Of a stretch of 64,000 nt of DNA, positions 29,160 to 37,768 are shown piece after piece; position 1 is the first letter of the stretch; each line of letters opens with the position of its first letter. The position numbers and the translations under genes are program-made. Below the pieces are notes generated by a model. The model had not been told where the DNA came from. It saw nothing but the letters and a program-made list of their open reading frames with translations, and made no database searches. Source of the stretch: Candidatus Dormiibacterota bacterium (lineage in GTDB: Bacteria > Chloroflexota > Dormibacteria > Aeolococcales > Aeolococcaceae); NCBI GenBank assembly GCA_963718525.1, contig OY970355.1, forward strand, positions 3,168,001-3,232,000, given 5' to 3'.

Positions 29160-30605
29160 ATGACGACGGAGGCCGGTACCGCGAGGGGGCTCGCCTTCGG
29201 AATGCCGCGAGCCGCCGACGAATGCGTCGACCTCGACGGCGTGGTTCGCCCGCCATACGCCGAGTTGCTGGCAACCCTCGAGCGTGCGGCGGGCACGCTC
29301 CCACAGGTCCGGCGCGATGCGCAGCAATGGTTTGCCGACCGTGGCGTCACCTTCGGCGTCCCCACCGAGGGTGTCGCCCCCATCTTCCCGTTTGATCCGG
29401 TCCCGCGCGTCCTCTCGTCAGCCGAATGGAGGTCGCTCAGCCGTGCGCTCTCGCAGCGCGCGATGGCGCTCGATCTCTTCGTCTCCGACTGTTACGGCTC
29501 GCAGCGAGCGATCCGCCACGGCGTCGTGCCAGGACGCCTCGTGTACAGCAGCACCGGGTATCTCCGCGACATCGTCGGCATCCGACCGCCTCGCGCGACC
29601 TGGTGTCACGTCTCCGGCATCGACGTGGTCCGGGTGCAGGGAACGTTCCACGTGCTCGAGGACAACGTGCGCATCCCGAGCGGCATCGCCTATGCGCTCG
29701 AGTCACGGCGCGCCATGGAGTCACTTGCTCCCGACTGGTTTGAACTGGCCCCGGTCCGGCCGATCCATGGCTACACCGGCAGGCTCCGTCGGATCCTGCA
29801 GCGGATCGCACCGAGACAATGGGATGCCGACATCGTCGTGCTCACACCCGGGCCGTTCAATGCCGCGTACTACGAGCACCGCCTGCTCGCCGATGAGATG
29901 CATGCAACTCTGGTCGAGGGACACGAGCTCATCGTCGTCGAGGACGAGGTGTACCGCCGCGATGCTGACGGCAACTCGCAGCGGGTTGACGTCATCTATT
30001 CGCGCGTCAACAGCGAGTGGCTCGATCCCCTGGTCTTCCGCCGCGATTCGATGCTTGGAGCGCCGGGGCTCATCGAGGCGTGGCGCCGCGGCAACGTCGC
30101 GATCGCCAACGCGCCGGGAACCGGCGTTGCCGACGACAAGGTGATCTACCCGTACGTGCCGGCGATGATTCGCTATTACCTCGGCGAGGAACCCCTCATG
30201 GACAACGTTCCGACGTTTGACCTCACCGATGACCAGCAGCGGGCATACGTTGTCGCCAACATCGACAAGATGGTGATGAAGCCGGTGGATGCCAGCGGTG
30301 GGTACGGGATCCATTTCGGACGGCTCATGGGGTCTGAAGAACGCACCGAGCTCCTTGACCGTGTCAAGGCCACTCCGCGGCAATGGCTCGCCCAGGAGGA
30401 GGTCGCGCTCAGCCGTGCCGTCTGCCTGCGCGCGGGCGGGGGCTTCGAGCCCCGCGTGGTCGACCTTCGTCCGTTCGTGCTGCTCGACGAGCGACCCTGG
30501 ATCGTGCCCGGCGGTCTGACCCGTGTCGCCGGTGACCCCGATGAACTCGTGGTGAACTCGTCACAGGGAGGCGGGAGCAAGGACACATGGGTGCTGACAC
30601 GCTGA
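29160..30605 (+). CDS. Circularly permuted type 2 ATP-grasp protein
   Basis: GVTF, PFDPVPR, GIDVVR, LEDNVRIPSG, LTPGPFNAAYYEH, NAPGTGVADDK, KPVDASGGYG, PGGLTRVA, VVNSSQGGGSKDTWVL. Confidence 0.93.
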   Translation: MTTEAGTARGLAFGMPRAADECVDLDGVVRPPYAELLATLERAAGTLPQVRRDAQQWFADRGVTFGVPTEGVAPIFPFDPVPRVLSSAEWRSLSRALSQRAMALDLFVSDCYGSQRAIRHGVVPGRLVYSSTGYLRDIVGIRPPRATWCHVSGIDVVRVQGTFHVLEDNVRIPSGIAYALESRRAMESLAPDWFELAPVRPIHGYTGRLRRILQRIAPRQWDADIVVLTPGPFNAAYYEHRLLADEMHATLVEGHELIVVEDEVYRRDADGNSQRVDVIYSRVNSEWLDPLVFRRDSMLGAPGLIEAWRRGNVAIANAPGTGVADDKVIYPYVPAMIRYYLGEEPLMDNVPTFDLTDDQQRAYVVANIDKMVMKPVDASGGYGIHFGRLMGSEERTELLDRVKATPRQWLAQEEVALSRAVCLRAGGGFEPRVVDLRPFVLLDERPWIVPGGLTRVAGDPDELVVNSSQGGGSKDTWVLTR

Positions 30606-31498
30606 CCTACTCGGTGTCGCACCGCACCGTCCTGCGCTACACCTCGACGGTGACCATCTCGTACAACGAGGTGCGCATGCGACCGCGCGACCGCGGCTCG
30701 CAGCGGACGCTCGCATTCTCATTGCTGAGCAAGCCATGGGCGGTACCGCGGAGCCGGCTCGATTACTACGGCAATTTCGTCCATCGACTGGACGTGACGT
30801 TCCCGCACGACGTGCTCGAATTCACGGTCGAGACCGTGGTCGAGAACAGCGAGCCGCGGCGGCGGCGGCTGTCCGAATGGGAACAGGACGCGCTCGCAAG
30901 CGATCCGCGTCTCGAGTTCGTGCTTCCGAGCCCGCGAGTGCCCCTCGCCGAGAACACACGGGCGCTCTGGCGTGAGTGGAATGGCGCGGACACCAGCTTC
31001 GACAGCGTCCTGGCAACGGCGCAGCGGATTCCGCGCGAGTTGCGCTATGTGAGCGGCGCGACGACCGTCGAGTTGAGCATCGACGATCTTCTCGCCGGAG
31101 GTGCGGGAGTGTGTCAGGACTTCACCCACCTGTTCCTGGCCATGGTCCGTGGGGCCGGGTGGCCGGCGCGATACGTGAGTGGGTACCTGGGACCGGTCGA
31201 TGAGGAGCAGGTCGTCGAGGGCGAGTCGCACGCGTGGGTTGAGGTGTGCGGGTCCGATGGGCGCTGGCTGGGGCTCGACCCGACGCTCGGACAGCACGTC
31301 GGCGCGCATCACCTCCGCCTTGCGGTTGGTCGCGACTACGGCGACGTGGCGCCACACCACGGCCTCTTCTTCGGAGCGGCGAGCGGAGCACCGCCGGAGG
31401 TCACGGTGCGGATTGCTCGGATGTCGAACCAGCAGGTCGAGCACGTGGAACACCACGCCGCGGTGCACTGGCAGCAGCAGCAGCAGCAACAGCAGTAG
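30587..31498 (+). CDS. Transglutaminase-like protein with C-terminal poly-Gln
   Basis: SYNEVRMRP, DYYGN, GVCQDFTH, ARYVSGY, SHAWVEV, LDPT, GRDYGDVAP; ends in Q8 (31472-31495). Confidence 0.92.
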   Translation: MGADTLTYSVSHRTVLRYTSTVTISYNEVRMRPRDRGSQRTLAFSLLSKPWAVPRSRLDYYGNFVHRLDVTFPHDVLEFTVETVVENSEPRRRRLSEWEQDALASDPRLEFVLPSPRVPLAENTRALWREWNGADTSFDSVLATAQRIPRELRYVSGATTVELSIDDLLAGGAGVCQDFTHLFLAMVRGAGWPARYVSGYLGPVDEEQVVEGESHAWVEVCGSDGRWLGLDPTLGQHVGAHHLRLAVGRDYGDVAPHHGLFFGAASGAPPEVTVRIARMSNQQVEHVEHHAAVHWQQQQQQQQ

Positions 31499-31504
31499 TC
31501 AGGG

Positions 31505-32515
31505 TCAGGTCCAGGGTCGCGCAGACCTCTCCGCCCAGTACTTCACGGCAGGCTCACCGAGATCCGGGAAGCTGGGAGCGGCGATGGTCATGGCACTCAG
31601 GTTGCTGGTCAGCTGCTCGACGCTCGCGGCGCCGCTGAGCACGACCGAAACCCAGGGTTGCGCGAGCACCGCTGCGATTGCAAGCGCGTCGGGCGTCACG
31701 CCCAGCGCAGCCGCGGCGCTGCCGAGAGCAGATTCCGTGCCTCCGTCGCCTCCGTCCACGGTCAGCCTGCCGTTGGCCAGCGCTTCCTTGACAATCACCG
31801 CCCAGCCGGCCGCCGACGCCTCCCCCAGCGCGGGACCGGCCGAGGGTTCGAGCAGGTTCCACGTTGCCTGCACCGACGAGAACAGCAGGGCGCCATCGAC
31901 CCGGACCTCGAGCGCACGCCGGATGGTCTCCGCCTGCTTCGGACCTGTGGTGGTGATGCCGACGAGCAGGCCGTCCTGGCGGATGCGCGCGAGCGCCGTG
32001 AGCAGCGCGCGGTCCTCGAGCGCGCCGGACTCGATCGTCAGCGAGTGCACCTGGTAGAGGCAAAGGTGATCGCCGAGCAGCGTGGTTGTCTCGCGGTATT
32101 GACGCTCGAAGTTCGCCACCGAGAGATCCTTGACCTCCTGCACGGGCGCTGCCATGTCCCAGCCTCCGACATACGTGTATCCCCACTTGGAACCGACCAC
32201 CAGGTCGTCCACGTGGGCGTGGCGCGCGATCCACTCGCTGAGAAATGCTTCGGCTGACCCGTAGGAGCGCGCCACGTCGACGTAGCGCACTCCCGCGGCA
32301 TATGCGGCGTCGAGCAGCTGCGATGTCCGCTCGCGGAGCGCGGTCATGGATCGATCCCCACCAAGGTCGGCGGCACGGTTGGTGGTGATATACGCGGGCC
32401 GGCCGACAGCCGCGAGACCGAGACCGACGCGGCTTACCGGCGGTCCACCACGCCCAAGCGTGGTGATGTCACGAGCAGCACCCCGATGGACCGATCCGTC
32501 GTCCCGACTGAGCAT
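31505..32515 (-). CDS. Aldo/keto reductase
   Basis: VSRVGLGLAAVGRP, DVARSYG, GSKWG, LYQVHS, KEALANGRL. Start estimated. Confidence 0.88.
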   Translation of the reverse strand: MLSRDDGSVHRGAARDITTLGRGGPPVSRVGLGLAAVGRPAYITTNRAADLGGDRSMTALRERTSQLLDAAYAAGVRYVDVARSYGSAEAFLSEWIARHAHVDDLVVGSKWGYTYVGGWDMAAPVQEVKDLSVANFERQYRETTTLLGDHLCLYQVHSLTIESGALEDRALLTALARIRQDGLLVGITTTGPKQAETIRRALEVRVDGALLFSSVQATWNLLEPSAGPALGEASAAGWAVIVKEALANGRLTVDGGDGGTESALGSAAAALGVTPDALAIAAVLAQPWVSVVLSGAASVEQLTSNLSAMTIAAPSFPDLGEPAVKYWAERSARPWT

Positions 32516-32753
32516 GCAGCACATGGTGATCGCGTAGGATCTGAACGACAAGCTCGTGGGCTGAACGCAAGTCGCCTCGCCGTACCACCAAGGTGTGGCG
32601 ACGCTGGTGATCGATGGAACGTCGTCGAGCTCGCGCATGCCACCTACTCGCGAGTCGTCGTGACAACGCCGGACGCGGACCGCGTCGCAGGTGAGATCCA
32701 TGACCAGCTCGTGCCGTCGATCACGGCACCGCCGGCGCCCTGACCTCTCGAAA

Positions 32754-33692
32754 CTACCTCGACACGCGCCGGCGGACGACCGCCACCATGACGAGTGCCG
32801 CACCCGATCCGAGCAGCAACGGCGCGAGTGCAATCGGGGCCGACCCGGTTGACGGAGTCGACGTCGACGTCGACGTCGTCGTCGTTGTTGTCGACGCTGA
32901 CGTGCAGACGCCGGTCGGCGGTCTGATCAGGTTGCTGTCGAGCGTGAGCGCGCCGTTCCTCGCCAGGGCACGCCCGCCGTTGAGTCCGCCGCCGACGCCG
33001 ATGGTGGCTCCGGTCGTCAGGGTGATGCTGGTCAATGCGATCAGGTTTCCTTGAAACGAGGTTCCGGTTCCGAGAGTCGCCGAGCTCGTTACCTGCCAGA
33101 ACACGTTGCAGGAGTTTGCCCGGCCGATGAGGGCCACGCGCGAGCGGCTCGCGGTTGTCAGCGTCGAGCCGATCTGGAAGATGAAGAGCGAACCGGTGCG
33201 GTTCTCGCCATTGAGCGTCAGCGTACCGGTGAGTTGCGCTGACGAACTGAAGTGGTACACCCCCGGTGTGAGGGTCTTCCCTCCGAGATTCACCCCCGAC
33301 ATGTTCTTGAAGGGCGTCGCGTGAGCGGCATCGTTGTACGTGGTGACTAGATCCGTCTGAGCTCTGATCGCCACGGCATCGTCTTCGTTCTTGGCACCGG
33401 TGACGACGCCGGGTGGAAACCCTTTGACCGAGGAGGCCTTGTTCGGGCTGATCGCCAGATTGCCGGTGATCGCCGTGGAACCGGTGTTGGTGATCGCAGA
33501 GGCGGCCATCACGGTGAAGTTGCCGGCTGACAGCAGACGAGGCCGCGCCACGGCCGCCAACGCCGAGTTGGGGAGGACTGCGAGCGCTGCGGCGCCGAAG
33601 CACGCCACCACGACAATGCGGCGCGAAGCCTTCAGGACACCGGGCTGGTTGCTCACGAGTGGGCCAGCATGCGCCTCCTTCCTGTTCGGCAC
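32754..33692 (-). CDS. Secreted DUF3494 ice-binding protein with Thr/Ser linker and C-terminal sorting signal
   Basis: Signal peptide (..ALA); LGGKTLTPGVY, FIFQIGSTLTT, NVFWQVTSSATLG, GRALARNGALTLDSN; tail TPSTG + hydrophobic helix + RRR. Confidence 0.9.
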   Translation of the reverse strand: MPNRKEAHAGPLVSNQPGVLKASRRIVVVACFGAAALAVLPNSALAAVARPRLLSAGNFTVMAASAITNTGSTAITGNLAISPNKASSVKGFPPGVVTGAKNEDDAVAIRAQTDLVTTYNDAAHATPFKNMSGVNLGGKTLTPGVYHFSSSAQLTGTLTLNGENRTGSLFIFQIGSTLTTASRSRVALIGRANSCNVFWQVTSSATLGTGTSFQGNLIALTSITLTTGATIGVGGGLNGGRALARNGALTLDSNLIRPPTGVCTSASTTTTTTSTSTSTPSTGSAPIALAPLLLGSGAALVMVAVVRRRVSR

Positions 33693-33753
33693 TGTGCGCT
33701 AGCGTACGTATGGCGGTTCCGAGGCCGGACTGTAACGGGACCGATGCGCGACC

Positions 33754-35199
33754 ATGTCAAGGATGAAGCAGCTTCCCGGCGGCGTGACGACACTCGTGCC
33801 CGGCATCGTGAGCGCAGTCGACGCTCGGGTCGGCGATCTCATCGAGGGTGCAACCATCCGTCACCACCTCCGGCGATTGCGACGTGCCGGGTGGGATGGC
33901 GCGCTTCGCGCCGAGAGCGGAGGCTGGGCGAAGCGTGCTCCGGTGCGCGACGGCAACGGCCTGTCCGTGCACGTCGACGGTACCTCCGCCCTGCCCGCGA
34001 TCGCGGCGGCGGTGCGCAGCGCTCGCTCGTTCGTGTACATCGCCGGCTGGACGGTTGACCCCGGGTTTGCCCTCGAACGAACTCCGTCGGTGGTGACCGT
34101 GCGAGATGTGCTTGCGGAAGCCGCGAATCGGGTCGATGTGCGTGTGCTCGTCTGGGCCGGAGCACCCGTACCGATCATGCAGCCGTCGCGCGCAAAGGCG
34201 AGTGAGCTCATGAACCGACTTACCCGTGGCACCCGAATCCACGGAGCGCTCGACCCGCGCAACCGCCCGATGCACTGCCATCACGAGAAGCTGGTGATCG
34301 TCGATGGCACGCTGGCGTTTGTTGGGGGCATCGACCTGACGGCACTCGCCGGCGATCGGTTCGACGGCGCGCCGCACACGCGCAGCACCCTTGGGTGGCA
34401 CGATGCCGCGGCCGAGCTTGCCGGCCCGGCGGTGGCCGATGTCTGCTCGCATTTCGCGCTTCGATGGCAGGCGACGACCGGGGAAGCACTTCCCGATGTG
34501 GAGACGCCGCCCGCCGCCGGTACCACCCGCATCCAGGTGGTCAGGACCGTCCCCGACCACACGTACAGGGCTCTCCCCCGGGGTGACTTCAGCATCCTCG
34601 AGGCGTACATGGGCGCCCTGCGCGGTGCGCGCCGCCTCGTCTATCTCGAGAATCAGTTCCTCTGGAGCCCCGAGGTGGCTGCCGTGCTCCGTGAGAAGCT
34701 GCTCCACCCGCCAAGCGATGCATTTCGGCTCTGCATCATCCTGCCGCGGCATCCCAACAACGGCAACGACGACACCCGTGGCCAGCTCGGCATGCTTCAG
34801 GCCGCTGACCACGATCACCGTCTGCTGGTGGGGACTGTGGGGCCTGTGCACCGTCAGCAACCCCCCGTGTACGTGCACGCGAAGATCGGCATCGTCGACG
34901 ACGCCTGGCTGACGGTTGGTTCGGCGAATCTCAACGAGCATTCGCTCTTCAATGACACCGAGGTCAACGTGGTGACCGACGACCCACAACTGGCTCGCGA
35001 CGTGCGCGAACGACTGTGGAGCGAGCACCTCAACCACGACGTCCGCGGCCGCGATGCTCTGGAGGTCATCGAAGACCGATGGCGAACGGTGCTCAACAAA
35101 CGACCACCATTCGATGTTCCGCTCAGGCCGCTGCCCGCCGTGTCACGGCGCTCGGCGCGACTGCTCGGGCCGTTGAAGGGATTGCTCGTCGACGGCTGA
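33754..35199 (+). CDS. Phospholipase D family protein
   Basis: Two HKD motifs: HHEKLVIVD and HAKIGIVDD...GSANLN; also YLENQF. Confidence 0.92.
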   Translation: MSRMKQLPGGVTTLVPGIVSAVDARVGDLIEGATIRHHLRRLRRAGWDGALRAESGGWAKRAPVRDGNGLSVHVDGTSALPAIAAAVRSARSFVYIAGWTVDPGFALERTPSVVTVRDVLAEAANRVDVRVLVWAGAPVPIMQPSRAKASELMNRLTRGTRIHGALDPRNRPMHCHHEKLVIVDGTLAFVGGIDLTALAGDRFDGAPHTRSTLGWHDAAAELAGPAVADVCSHFALRWQATTGEALPDVETPPAAGTTRIQVVRTVPDHTYRALPRGDFSILEAYMGALRGARRLVYLENQFLWSPEVAAVLREKLLHPPSDAFRLCIILPRHPNNGNDDTRGQLGMLQAADHDHRLLVGTVGPVHRQQPPVYVHAKIGIVDDAWLTVGSANLNEHSLFNDTEVNVVTDDPQLARDVRERLWSEHLNHDVRGRDALEVIEDRWRTVLNKRPPFDVPLRPLPAVSRRSARLLGPLKGLLVDG

Positions 35200-35227
35200 C
35201 GCGTGCGCTGCTGTCGAGACGAGCAGC

Positions 35228-36205
35228 TCACCCGAGGAGGGCGCTGAAGTCTCCGGGCGCCGACGCCGCATTGCCGAGCAGTGGCAACCCAAACGCGGCT
35301 TCGATGGTGCGCAGCGTGGTGTAGTGATCGCCACGGGCATCAATCCCCCCGCGGCCATGCGCGTTCGCGGAGAGCACGATCATCGGCACTCTGCCACCGG
35401 CCGCGTTCCCGCAGCAGGACCCGGATGGGGACGCATCGTTCTCGTCCATCGTGATGATCACGGTGCCGTGGTCTGCGAACCAGGCGGATGCCAGCACCGC
35501 GGGGAGATTCGCATGGAGCCACGCGTCGCCTTGAGCCACGCTCCCGTCGTGCATGTCGTTCGCGAGATTCGGCGTGATCCACACGAAATCCGGTGGAGCA
35601 CTGGAATCCAAGGTGGCTGCCATGGAGCCCGCCCCCGGGTAGGGCACGACGTGCGCTGCACACCCGCTGCCTCGCTCGGCGCCGAAGTACAAGAAGGGGT
35701 TGTGCTTCTCGGCGTAGTCGCCCGAGCCGCCGACCCGGTCACACGGCAATGGCATGCTCTCCATGTACGCAAGCCAGGGGATGCCCGCGCCGGACAGCTC
35801 AGCGCCCAGGTCAAGTGACTGGAACGGTCCGCATCCCCCGCCGTCGGGTGTGCAGTCGGAGCTGATGCCTTGCACGCCGCCGCTCTCGAGCGCCAGGTAG
35901 TTCGGCGCACTGGGATGGGCGATCGCATACCACGACGTCAGTGATGCGTAGGTCGACGCGAGGGAACAGAGATACGGATCCGCGAAACACGAGCCCAGGG
36001 TCGCGGCGTATCCACGGTTCTCCTCCACGATCACCATCACATGGGGTACCGCGCGCGTCACAGGAGTTGTGCCGGACGAGGTCGCGCTCACTGACGGCGC
36101 CGGTGGCGTCACCGGCTCGGAGACGCTCGAGGATGCTGACCCACAAGCTACCGCGATAGCGGCCACGCCCGCCACAACCAGCCGCCTGGCTTTCATGGAC
36201 ACCAC
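35228..36205 (-). CDS. Phosphoesterase / acid phosphatase family lipoprotein
   Basis: Lipobox AVAC; HVMVIVEEN, HPSAPNYLA, KHNPF, ITPNLANDMHD, ITMDE, DHYTTLRTIE. Confidence 0.88.
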   Translation of the reverse strand: MVSMKARRLVVAGVAAIAVACGSASSSVSEPVTPPAPSVSATSSGTTPVTRAVPHVMVIVEENRGYAATLGSCFADPYLCSLASTYASLTSWYAIAHPSAPNYLALESGGVQGISSDCTPDGGGCGPFQSLDLGAELSGAGIPWLAYMESMPLPCDRVGGSGDYAEKHNPFLYFGAERGSGCAAHVVPYPGAGSMAATLDSSAPPDFVWITPNLANDMHDGSVAQGDAWLHANLPAVLASAWFADHGTVIITMDENDASPSGSCCGNAAGGRVPMIVLSANAHGRGGIDARGDHYTTLRTIEAAFGLPLLGNAASAPGDFSALLG

Positions 36206-36289
36206 TTCATGAGTGGAGCATGCAGCCGCGACCGCTGCTCCGAACGGACAGTGGCACCTGCACCGTCCGCTGGTGACGTCGTTCGTGCT

Positions 36290-36400
36290 TTAAGTTCTGG
36301 ACCGCCCGCGCATCATGTACCAGCCGCCCGCGATGAGGATCACGATGACGATCACGTAGACGATGATCTCCTTGGTGCCGAATACGTTGAAGGCGAGCAT
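36290..36400 (-). CDS. 36-aa single-pass membrane microprotein
   Basis: Below the ORF-track cutoff; AGGAG RBS then MLAFNVFGTKEIIVYVIVIVILIAGGWYMMRGRSRT*. Confidence 0.7.
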   Translation of the reverse strand: MLAFNVFGTKEIIVYVIVIVILIAGGWYMMRGRSRT

Positions 36401-36531
36401 TGGCTGTCTCCTATGTCGGTGGTGCGGCTGGACCTGATGCCGCCACAGGGGGATTGGCGCCATCCTACGGTGCCGATGTGCTCTTGTGCTGGATGGATCT
36501 GGCTGATCGTCAGGCCACCTAGAATCCGCCC

Positions 36532-36700
36532 ATGCGAGGGGTCACGGGAGGCGGCCGGCGGTTCCTGAGCGCCCCGGGCGTCCGGGCGGGCGTGGTCGTC
36601 GCCTCCCTCCTGCTGGTCGGACTCCTCGTCCGGCTGCCGAGTTTGAACGGACCGCTCGTGGCGATCTCGTCATTTCGCCAGACCGAAACCACCCCGGCGG
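36532..36700 (+). pseudogene. Probable 5' remnant of a GT-C (ArnT/GT39-like) glycosyltransferase gene
   Basis: TAGAAT 6 nt before ATG; TM helix then LVRLPSLNGPL...FRQTET, resembling GT39 N-termini; the sequence after this looks non-protein-like. Confidence 0.4.
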
Positions 36701-36823
36701 AGGCGACAGTCGGGTCAGCCCTTCGGCGTCGGCGAGTGGGTCACTGCAGCTCGCGTGCGCGGGCGGAAGCGAGCTCGTGCTCGCCACGGCGTCTCCGCAG
36801 CAGCCGTGACGCCGCGGTGCGCG

Positions 36824-37726
36824 TCAGCCCGGCGCGTCCTGACGCGGCTGCGCCGCTACCGTGAGCTCGCGCGAAGCCGTGACCATGTCGGGGCGCGACT
36901 TGATCAACACGGGAAGCGTTTCGGCCAGCGCGGGTTGGGTGATGTCCACGTGTCCCAGCGCCATCAATGCACGCGCCCAGTCGATTGACTCCCCGATCGA
37001 CGGCGTCTTGCGCAGCTCGAGCCGTCGGGCGGCCCGAACCACACCGGCGACCTGGCGCGCCAGGCGATCCTCGATGCCGGGAATGCGAGCGAGCAGAATC
37101 TCTCGCTCGCGCTCCGCGGTGGGATACTCGAGCGCGAGGTAGAGACAGCGGCGTCGCAGCGCCTCGCTGAGCTCGCGGGTGTTGTTGCTCGTGAGCACCA
37201 CGAGAGGATGCCGTGTGCCGGTGATCGTCCCCAACTCGGGGATGGTGACCTGGAACTCGGCGAGCACCTCCAGCAGCAGCGCCTCGGTCTCGACCTCGAC
37301 GCGGTCGACCTCGTCGATGAGCAACACCACGTCGTCATTCGCACGCACGGCCGCGAGCAGCGGACGCTCGAGAAGATACGGCTCGCTGAAGATATCTGCC
37401 TCGATGTCCTTCCATCCGGACGCCCCTTCCGGGACGCCACCGCCCGCCTGGATGCGCATCAGCTGCTTGCGATAGTTCCATTCGTACAGTGCGCGGCTTT
37501 CATCGAGACCCTCGTAGCACTGCAGCCGGAGCAGGCGCGAGCCGGTGATCGTGGCCAGCGTCTTCGCAAGCTCGGTCTTCCCCACACCTGCAGGACCCTC
37601 GACGAGCACTGGCTTGTCGAGGCGATCCGCAAGAAACACCACTGACGCGATCGATTCGTCGCCGAGATACCCGGCATTGCGCAGCCGGTCGAGGACATCT
37701 GCCGGATCACGGAAGTGCTCACCCAC
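36824..37726 (-). CDS. MoxR family AAA+ ATPase (CoxD-like)
   Basis: LVEGPAGVGKTELAK, RLQCYEGLD, LYEWNY, LLIDEVDR, LTSNNTRELSEALRRRC. Confidence 0.93.
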   Translation of the reverse strand: MGEHFRDPADVLDRLRNAGYLGDESIASVVFLADRLDKPVLVEGPAGVGKTELAKTLATITGSRLLRLQCYEGLDESRALYEWNYRKQLMRIQAGGGVPEGASGWKDIEADIFSEPYLLERPLLAAVRANDDVVLLIDEVDRVEVETEALLLEVLAEFQVTIPELGTITGTRHPLVVLTSNNTRELSEALRRRCLYLALEYPTAEREREILLARIPGIEDRLARQVAGVVRAARRLELRKTPSIGESIDWARALMALGHVDITQPALAETLPVLIKSRPDMVTASRELTVAAQPRQDAPG

Positions 37727-37768
37727 GCAGCGGCCCTCGCGCGTGCGCTGACCAGACGAAGGCTTGTG

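Noticed and set aside
32486-32743. 85-aa plus-strand ORF whose C-terminal half (VVELAHATYSRVVVTTPDAD) looks protein-like
   Set aside because: No RBS, the 5' half looks random and overlaps the AKR start; at best a gene fragment, too weak to call.
32852-32900. (GTC/GAC)n low-complexity repeat
   Set aside because: It simply encodes the Thr/Ser linker of the ice-binding protein; not a CRISPR or mobile repeat.
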